Shown: positions 55,111 through 64,000 of the stretch, piece by piece | Numbering within the stretch: position 1 is the stretch's first letter | Layout: every line of letters begins with the position of its first letter | Source: Chiloscyllium plagiosum | Taxonomy: Eukaryota | Direction: 5' to 3' | DNA length: 64,000 bases | NCBI RefSeq assembly: GCF_004010195.1 | Contig: NC_057758.1 | Coordinates: 3,091,819-3,155,818, forward strand | Program-made: the position numbers and the translations under genes | The notes under the pieces: generated by a model | What the model was told of the DNA's origin: nothing | What the model saw: the letters and a program-made list of their open reading frames with translations, nothing else | Databases searched by the model: none

Positions 55111-56042
55111 CTAATTTGGCTGTGATTGTCATCCTTTTGCAAAGAAGATGTGGCCTCTCAGGATGTATGACTTATTATCTAGTATCTATGGCAGTGACTG
55201 ATCTCCTGGTTCTGGTCACAATTGTGATATTAAATCGAATTGCTGGAATTTATTTCCCATCCAGTTTCCTCTCTATCACACCCATATGCAGTTTTCGTGC
55301 AGCTGTAAATTTTGCAGCCATTGACAGTTCTGTTTGGTTAACCGTGGCTTTCACCTTTGATCGTTTTGTTGCCATTTGTTGCCAGAAGCTGAAAGTTAAA
55401 TACTGCACTGAAAAAATGGCAGCATGGGTGATCGGAGTTGTGTCAACATTGTCTTGTGTAAAAAACATCGCCACATATTTTATTTATGAGCCTGTATACA
55501 TTATTAACAATCTTCCCTGGTTCTGTGCTGTAAAGGCGATATACTACGTATCATTGACATGGGCTGCATATGATTGGATTCGATCAATTTTAACACCTTG
55601 CCTCCCATTCATTCTGATTTTGCTTCTCAATGCTCTGACCGTCAGACACATTCTTGCAGCGAATGTATCTCGCAGGAGGCTGAGGTCCCAGAACAATGGA
55701 GAAAATCAGGGTGACCCAGAGATGGAGAAGCGGAGAAAGTCCATTGTTTTACTGTTTGCCATCTCGGGCAGTTTTATCCTGCTGTATTTGGTATTTGTTG
55801 TAATGATCCTTTATGTCCGAATAGCGACTGCTACATATTCCTCAGGTTCAGATGCAAATGATCCTATCTTTATTCTCCAACAGTCCGGATATATGCTTCA
55901 ATTATTGAGTTCCTGCATCAACCCCTTTATTTATGCAGGAACACAGAGTAAAATAAGAGCTGTTTTAAAGAACTGGATGAAATATCCATTTAGTCCATTC
56001 ATAAAAATATTTACAATGTGTAAACGAGACAATTCAATGTGA
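55111..56042 (+). CDS. GPR139-like class A GPCR, coding exon 2 (spliced product 333 aa)
   Basis: Polypyrimidine tract and acceptor (tcttttatag|CT). Uninterrupted ORF with hydrophobic helices and motifs MAVTDLLVL (TM2), SVWLTVAFTFDRFVAIC (TM3), PCLPFILILLLN (TM5), MLQLLSSCINPFIY (TM7). Resembles GPR139/GPR142; orthology not shown. Confidence 0.92.
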
Positions 56043-56607
56043 ACTCCAGCTATTATTGCAGAATCTGCTCTTCACAGGCACCTCAAAAGACAATGCCACG
56101 TGAAATGGTGCAATTGCTTATCAAAGTGTTAGTAGAAGAATACTTAATCAAACCACATTTATCCTGAATTCAATCATGTAAACTCTTCTCAATTAGTTTC
56201 TACTTTTGTTCCATATTGCACTGTTTATCATATGCTATATGTATCGCCAAAGCATGGTGTGTTTGCTGATTCGTGATCAGCTCACCATGTGTTAGGCACT
56301 CAGGCGTATTATCTATATAGTATATGTAACATGAACGTGTATAACATCATTGCTTGTGTACGTAAATGTAACGAATTTCATTCCTCATATGTCAACTTTA
56401 AAGACAAGGGAAAAAAGACTTTGGCCAACTGAATAACTCCTTCAGAGACTGAAAAACAAGATGACTTCACCCATTGCCTGGATGGACTTCCCCATTGAAC
56501 TGGTGTATCAGAAAACAATACCGATAGCTCCACCAGGGTATTTTGAAGCTTAGCATGTGAATGGTTGCAAGTCTCATATTTAATTATTTTATACCTTTAC
56601 ATAAGTC

Positions 56608-56613
56608 AATAAA
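56608..56613 (+). promoter_or_regulatory. Candidate polyadenylation signal of the GPCR
   Basis: AATAAA about 570 nt after the stop codon. Confidence 0.35.
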
Positions 56614-57114
56614 ATTTTGACTAGATTTTGACATTTGTAGTATTCCAGTGACATTTGCCGGAAGAAGAGCAGTAAAAAAAAAGTTTCTATTCCAGATGAT
56701 AATATTATCTGCAGACTTCTGGACCACATTACTTCTTCAGAGGTGAAGAGACACTGAACAGACATTCGATCTGGCAGCTGATATTAAGCAAGAGACGAGC
56801 GATCATAGTGTACCATATCATTGTCATTTCTAACCATTTAGATAGCTATCTGCCTCATAGCACACAAAAGAACAGTTACCTGTCTTTTTTCTGCATTGTC
56901 AGTCTTGCGTCTTCTATTAAGTCATTCAGGGCCCAGGGGCACGCCACAAGTCTCGTCATGGGTATTTCCTTTCTCAGCCTCATGTCACAGCTTCAGGGCA
57001 TTTGGATACAAGCAACTAAGATGAACTGTTTGTACCCTCTTTCTTGCAGTATGATCCCATACATCGTGTGTTGATTGTATGTCGTGCAACTAAATTCATT
57101 AGAGTCATTTAGGG

Positions 57115-57350
57115 TGGCGCTGGAATAAGCACAGCAGGTCAGGCAGAATCCGAGGAGAAGAGTCGATATTTCAGGCAGGATCCTTCATCATGCCTGGGGA
57201 GAGAGAAGGGGATTGACTATTAAATAGGTGGGGGAAATGGGGCTAGACGAAAGGTAGGTCGGATGGCAATAGATGGATGCAGGGAAGAAGAGATGGCGAT
57301 AAGTCAGTGGCAATGGTGGAGTAGAAAGGTGGAAAGTGTGATGGGCAGTT
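57115..57350 (-). mobile_element. Degenerate PLE pLTR/3' fragment
   Basis: gctggaataagcacagcaggtcaggcagaatccgagg... followed by a purine-rich tract, as at 9060-9300. Confidence 0.6.
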
Positions 57351-58734
57351 TATGCTGTGTCAGGTATGACGATGCTGCTCCTAAAACAACGTTATGCTGT
57401 CTTTGGCTTTTTTCTGTTTTCAGAGAGGCCGTAAAAGGCACAGCCTCTGAAATGTCTCTGATTGAAGGGTTTTCTGTCCAGTATAATTGTAGCTATCAGA
57501 TACTGCCTCAGACAACAGGCTTTCAAAATTTTGAAAAAAAAACGCTTGTACAATGAAAGGAAAGTTGACTGGTCTCCCAGCTCAGCTTTTCTCTAGTTTT
57601 GTTTTGTTTTTAGTAGTACAGTTAAAAGAGTTACTGGAACCCAAAGAAGGAGGTCCATGATGATCTTTCGCTCTGATTTCCTTCCTGTAAGACCCTGTGT
57701 TTGATTAAACGTTTTTTTTTTAAACGAAGGTGCGTTTATAGAGGTTGTTGGAAGTATTTGGAATAGCATCATTAAGTTGCGATGATCTGTTGGATTTTCG
57801 GATAAGTTAAAATATTTGGTCTTCTGTTCTCTTTTGTTTGTATTGCATTTGGTAATCTTGTAAATAAGATGATTGTCTTTTATCCTTGGTGTTTAATTCG
57901 GTTAGTTTAAACAGTGCTGGGGATAGCAATGGCTCTTTCGGTCACCATGAGTTTTCTGGAGGTGGAAGAAGTGATCCTGGTGTTTTGTTAAGGCTTGAAG
58001 TTAGTTAAGGCTAAACTGCTGGAATTAGCAGGCAAGCTGAAGCGAGAGCTGCCTCCTCCCGTGAGGAGAGGAGAGGTAATTACAGTAATAGCTCAATGTT
58101 TAAATTTGATGCAAATGCCATCAGAATCTTTCGAGATGCCTAAAGTACAATTGAAAATGAAGCTGCTTGAGTTAGGCACACAAGACCAGGAATTACAATT
58201 AAAAGCAAAAGAGGGAGAAAGGGTGTGAGAGGAAAAGATGAAGCAGAGGGTGTTTGATCTTCAGAAATTGGGACTTAAACAGGGAAGACTGCTTACAGAC
58301 ATAGAAATGAAGCTTGAAGGTAAGCTTCATGAGGAAGTGTGTGAAGATGAGCGTGCCCAAAGTAGAAAAAGGCCTGGTTCAAAACTTTTTAAAAATATTC
58401 AAACAATGTCTAAGTGTGATGAGAACGATGTGGAAGCCTTCTTTATATAAATTGTAATGATGCCTAAGCAAATGCAGTGGCCAATGACCATGTGAGTTTT
58501 GAAGATGCAAACAAAACCTGTAGGCACAGCTTGTGAGGCATTCGCATCGCTATCGGAGGAGGTATCTGGGGCGGATGAACAGGCGAGGAAAGCTATCCTC
58601 AGTGTTTATGAGTTTGTGCCAGAAGCCAACAGACAACGTCTCTCTTAATTTAAAGAGGAACAAAGTTTGTGCGAAGATTTGTAGCTCGGGTGCTCGTTGC
58701 TGTGGTTCTGTTCGCCGAGCTGGAAGTTTTTGTT

Positions 58735-58774
58735 GCAAACGTTTCGTCCCCTGGCTAGGCGACATCATCAGTGC
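58735..58774 (-). ncRNA. Minimal hammerhead ribozyme motif
   Basis: gca-CUGAUGA-u-gucgccu-agcc-aggggac-GAAA-C-GUU-ugc. Confidence 0.72.
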
Positions 58775-59423
58775 TTGGGAGCCTCCTGCGAAGCGCTTCT
58801 TTGATGTTTCCTCCGGTGTTTATAGTGGTCTGTCCCTGCCGCTTCCGGTTGTCAGTTTCAGCTGTCCGCTGTAGTGTTTGGTATATTGGGTCCAGGTCGA
58901 TGTGTTTGTTGATGGAGTTTGTGGATGAATGCCATGCCTCTAGGAATTCCCTGGCTGTTCTCTGTCTGGCTTGCCCTATGATAGTAGTGTTGTCCCAGTC
59001 AAATTCACACACACGCAGACAACAAGCAACATGAATACGACTGGGACAACACTACTATCATAGGGCAAGCCAGTTCCTATATAGGACAAACAGGAAGACA
59101 GCTAACAATCCGCATACATGAACATCAACTAGCCACGAAACGACACGACCAGCTATCCTTAGTAGCCACACACGCAGACAACAAGCAACATGAATTCGAC
59201 TGGGACAACACTACTATCATAGGGCAAGCCAGACAGAGAACAGCCAGGGAATTCCTAGAAGCATGGCATTCATCCACAAACTCCATCAACAAACACATCG
59301 ACCTGGACCCAATATACCAACCACTACAGCGGACAGCTGAAACTGACAACCGGAAGCGGCAGGGACAGACCACTATAAACACCGGAGGAAACATCAAAGA
59401 ATCGCTTCGCAGGAGGCTCCCAA

Positions 59424-59463
59424 GTACTGATGATGTCGCCTAGCCAGGGGACGAAACGTTTGC
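59424..59463 (+). ncRNA. Minimal hammerhead ribozyme motif
   Basis: gua-CUGAUGA-u-gucgccu-agcc-aggggac-GAAA-C-GUU-ugc. Confidence 0.72.
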
Positions 59464-60212
59464 AACAAAAACTTACAGCTCGGCGAACAGAACCACAGTT
59501 AAAGAGGAACACCTGTCAAACCTACGTTGAGATTGAAATGATCAATCAAGGAAGTAGTCATAGGTGTAAAAGGGCATTAAAATTCGAGGACACCTATAAC
59601 GCTCTTTGAGAGACGATTATTATTGAGGATTTCAAAAATTCACTCCTTGACGCACTGAGAACTCATGTGGAAGAGCAGAGAGTTCAAACAGCAAGATTGA
59701 CAGCTGGAATGACTGCTGAATGTTAGTGGCTACCAAATCAATTTCAATTCGTGAGGGGTAGAAATTGGGGAAAAGAGAAATTATCACTTAGAAATAAAAA
59801 GGTAGATCTCGGTGAAGATCATAAAGATAACTTACAATAGAGTGAAAAAACACCCTCAAGGGGAAAGAGAATTTAAAAAGCATTGGTGTGCTCATTGCAA
59901 CATAAAAGCTACATGAAGCAATGTGTTGGTGTATAAGGAAAAACATTGGGAAGCCAGAGATAGGAAAACAGTAAATTTTGTTGGAGTGGCAATGGACAGG
60001 ACATTGGAGAGCAGAAAGCTGCAACAGAATGTACAATCTGAAAGAAGGTTAATTAAGGAGCAAATGCCAGAGCTTCCTAAAACATATTCATGCGAAGGTA
60101 AAATTCACTCACAAAGGGCAGCGAGAAAGAGCTTACAATATTAAGGGATACAGGATCCCCTCAATGTATGATGTTGAAATATCAGCAGATGTGTACTTCT
60201 GAAGGACTATTG

Positions 60213-60445
60213 TTGAAAAATGTGGTGCTGGAAAAATACAGCAGACCAGACATCATCCGAGGAGCAGGAGAAGCGACGTTTCGGGCATAAGCCCTTATTC
60301 AGGAATCAGGAATCCATTCCCGAAGAAGGGCGTGTGCCCGAAACGTCGATTCTCCTGCTGCTCGGATGATGCCTGGCCTGCTGTATTTTTCCAGCACCAC
60401 ATTTTTCAACTCTGGTACTCCAGCATCTGCAGTCCTCACTTTCTC
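60213..60445. mobile_element. Non-coding palindromic PLE mini-element
   Basis: 17-bp TSD cttctgaaggactattg (60196-60212 and 60446-60462); about 95-bp inverted arms with two hammerhead-like motifs. Confidence 0.88.
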
Positions 60446-61049
60446 CTTCTGAAGGACTATTGCCAGAAATGGTAAGAGTCACAGGAATTCAAGGTGATAC
60501 AACAGCGCTCAGTTATGTAAAGTGAGGTTAGAGTGTCCAGTGAACAGTGAAGAAGTCGTAGTGGGAGTACTCGACAAACTCTCGGCTCCAGGATTGCAAA
60601 TTGTCCTTGCTCATGATACAGCTGGTTCATAGGTACGAGTGGTGCCGACTGTTCTTGAAAATCTGATAGAAACGCAGGCAACTGACAATTGCAAGACATA
60701 TATCCTGGCATTTCTTTTCCGAACGGTGTGTCAACAAGTCAAATACTCAACAGTTGAAACAGGAGATACGAATGAGTACAGGTTAGAACGTTGAAGTGGA
60801 ATTAGCAGAGACCCTGTTTGATAGCACAGCCAAACGAGGAACAGATAGATGACAATGCAGACATCTTAAGCTCAGATAAATCATCAGAAAGATGAAAATG
60901 TCAAGCAATTGTATCAAACGGGATACTCAGAAAGAAAATCCAAATGTACACTTGAATGCTATACTCTATAAAAATTTCGTTTTTATGAGGAAGTGGAGAT
61001 CATTACATATTCAGGCAGCGGAGAAATTGACAGATGTTCATCTCGTAAC

Positions 61050-64000
61050 TAGATATTTTTATACTTCATTTTTCTACAGTCTCTTTGGGAATGTAGAACG
61101 GTGGGAATGGCACTTTGGGCAGTTGAATTTTCCTCCTGCAGCATGTGGGAGGTAAGGGTCACCTCGAGTGTCACTGCTGATGTATTCTGCGGGAAGTGCA
61201 CCAAACCCCCACTCCTCTAAAACCGTGTTAAGGAGCTGGAGCTGGCGCTGAATGAGCTTCACGTCATTCAGAAACCGAAGGAGTTATTGAGGGATGTAGT
61301 CACACCTCAGGTGTATGAATGCGGCAGATGGGTTACAGTCAGGAGACGGAACAGGCACCAGCAGGCAGTGCAACAAAAGCAAGTATACAGTTTTGGATAC
61401 TGTTCGGGGTTCGATTAGCAGGGTCAGCCATGGGTACAGGTCTCTAGCTTGGATTTTGTCCCTGTTGCTCAGAAGGAACGGGAGAAATGAGAAGAGCATT
61501 AGTCATTGGGGCGTCCAAAGTTAGCGGGACAGATTGGAGGTTCTGTTAGGAAGAGAGAGACTCACATTTGGTGTGTTGCCTCCCTGGAGCCAGGGTTCGT
61601 GATGTCTCGGATTGTGTTTTCGGGATTCTTCAGGGAGAGGAGGAGCAGGCCCAAGCCGAGATGCACACAGGCACTCACGACATATGTAGGAAAAGGGATG
61701 GGGACTCAAAAAAGAAATTCGGGTACCTCGGGTGGAAGCTTCGTACTAGAACAAGTAGAGTTGTTATCTCTGGTTTGTTGCACGTGATACATGCTAGCAA
61801 GGCGAAGAATAAGGAGAAAGAGGAGCTGAACACGTGTCTACCGGGATGGTGCAGGAGGAAGGGTATCGGATACCTTGATTATTGGTACGCGTTCTATGCT
61901 AAATGGACCTCTGCAAACTTCATAGTCTACACCTGAATCAGAAGGGTATCAATGTCCTGGGTGGAGTGTGGAATTTGCTAATGCTTTTCGGGAAGTTTGA
62001 ACTAATTCAGCATGGGATGGGATCCTAATTGGCGTTCAGTTGGCAAGGAGATTGAGAAAAGTGAGTTCACAAAAGAGCTTTCAAGGTCACAAGAGTTCAC
62101 CGCCAAGCTGGAAGGTGGTTTGCAGTGTGCCTACTGCAATGTCAGGAACGTCCAGAATAACGTGAGTGAACTTGCAGCATGGGCTGATACCGGGTACTTC
62201 GATGTTCTGAACATTTTGGAGCATGGATAGACCAGGGACGGGAACGGTTGTTGCACGTTCCGGGATCTTGATATTTCAGTAAAAGCAAAAAAGACAGTAA
62301 AAGAGGGGGTGGTGTGGCATTGTTAGTCAAGAACAGTATTACGGTGGCAGAAAGGACAATTGAGGATTTGTCTACTGAGGTAGTAATGGCTGAGGTTAGC
62401 AGCAGGAAAGGAGAGGTCACCCTGTTGAAAGCTTTCTATCAGATTCCGAATACTTCCAGAGCTGTAGAATAAAGGATAGCCAACAAAGTTCAGTGTAGGT
62501 GCGAGAGCAACAGAGTAATTGTGGAGGAAGACTTTAACTTTCCAAACAATGAAAGGCAAACCTATTGTTCAAGTACTTTATTTCGGTCAGTTTTTGATGT
62601 ATGTGTGCACAATGGTTTCCTGACACTGTATGTCGACAAGCCAACAAGGGGCGAGGCGAAATTGGATTTGGTATGAAGTAATGAATCTGGTCTGGCATTA
62701 GATTCAGAGTTAGGTAAGCACTTTGGTGATAATGACCACAATTCGATTGTTTACTGGCGATGGAAAGTGATATGTTTATAATGCAGGGCAAGAGTTGTTG
62801 CTGGGGGGAAAGCAATGATGATTGGATTAAGCATGATTCAAAGCGTATAGGATGCGGAAGGAAATTGTAGGAGATGGACACAATTGATATTTGGGTCTTA
62901 GTCAAGGAACAACGACTGCTTGTCCTTGGTACATTTGTACCAGTCAGGCAAGGAGGAAGTTGTCGAGCAAGGGAACAGCGGATTGCTAAAGACATTAAAT
63001 CTCTTATCAAGAGGAAGAAGAAGGCTAATGTTCGGATGAGATGTGAAAGCTCAGTTTGCGGCGGTTGACAGTTACACGTTACCCAGTAAAGTCCTAAAGC
63101 ATGAGCTAAGAAGAGCCAAGTGGGGACGTGAGAAGTCGTTGGCATACAGAATCAAGGCAACCGCTAAAGCCTTCGATAGGTATATCGGGAATAAATGAAT
63201 AACTAGAGGAAGTTTACGGCAAGTGAAGAATAGTAGTGGGAAGTTGTGTGTGGAGTTCAATGAGATGGGGAAGCGCTAAATGAATATTTTTCGCCAGTTT
63301 TCAAAATGGGGAAAGTCAATAAAACATTGAACATAGAACATAACAGCGCAATACAGGCCTTTTGGCCGTCGGTGCTGTGCCTGACCTATGGAATCAATCT
63401 GAAGCCTCCCTATCCGACTGTATTCCATTTTCTTCCATGTGTTTATCCAATGGGCATTTAAAAGCGTTTCAAGTTGGCGAGTCTACTACTGTAGACCTCC
63501 ATGAGTTCCACGCCCCTACTACACTCTGAGTGAAGAAGCTACCTCTGACATGTGTCCTATATCAATCACCCCTCAGTTTAAAGCTGTGTCCCTTCGTGCT
63601 AGCCATCACAATTTGAGGAGCAAGGCTCTCATTGTCAACCTTATCTAAACCACTGATTCTCTTATATGTCTCAATTAAGTCACTTCTCAACCTTCTTCTC
63701 TCCGAAGAAAACAGCCAGAAGTCCCGAAAACTTTAGTCATATGCCCTTCCCTCCAAACTTGGCAACACTCTAATGTTTCCGAAGAGAATATTGAGATACA
63801 GGCTAAGAGACTCGGCGTGATTACGTTTCACAAGAAGGTGAAATGACCAATTCTGGGAAGTGTGGATGGGATTTATCCTAGGATTTTCTGTGACGTGAGA
63901 GAAGGGATTGCAAAGTCTTTGGCTTTGATCTTTATGCCGTCATTGTCTGCAGGAATAGTGACAGAAGACGAATAGCAAATGTGGTTACTTTGTTCAAGAT
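61050..64000 (+). mobile_element. CR1 5' half (ORF1 Cys motif and SGNH esterase; ORF2 endonuclease), with nested antisense CR1 tail 63325-63775
   Basis: FCGKC; VCCLPGARVRDV...HTGTHD (esterase blocks); AYCNVRNVQN, RGGGVALLV, DNDHN (APE); agaacatagaacat tail at about 63328. Confidence 0.88.

Larger units (their letters stand above)
58663..59498. mobile_element. Young palindromic Penelope insertion (GIY-YIG C-terminus and inverted pLTRs)
   Basis: 13-bp TSD ttaaagaggaaca (58650-58662 and 59499-59511); 308-bp inverted arms 58700-59007 and 59191-59498; YIGQTGRQLTIRIHEHQL...AREFLEAWHS. Confidence 0.93.
57365..61045 (+). mobile_element. Gmr1-type Gypsy copy 5 (5' LTR, gag, PR, up to pre-INT), split by two PLEs
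   Basis: LTR tatgacgatgctg; ATG at 57929 (MALSVTMSFLEVEEV); DVEAFF; YEFVPEANRQR; TILRDTGS (protease). Confidence 0.85.

Overview
Repeat-dominated vertebrate DNA, almost certainly from an elasmobranch (inferred from HE1-type V-SINEs and HER1/CR1 tails; species not determinable). The only intact host gene I can support is a two-exon class A GPCR of the GPR139/GPR142-like type (+; exon 1 52363-52432, exon 2 55111-56042; 333 aa). It lies head-to-head with a pseudogenised paralogue (-; about 43290-45678). The rest is nested mobile DNA: five decayed Gmr1-type Gypsy LTR elements (SCAN-like gag, pol order PR-INT-RT-RH), many CR1 fragments (some with esterase ORF1), one L1, SINEs and several Penelope-like element (PLE) families. 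The most striking unannotated signal is a dozen or more minimal hammerhead-ribozyme motifs in PLE pseudo-LTRs, often in short, non-coding, palindromic insertions with target-site duplications (TSDs). Two local templated inverted duplications also occur, one just upstream of the GPCR promoter. Boundaries of old repeats are approximate; no database searches were run.
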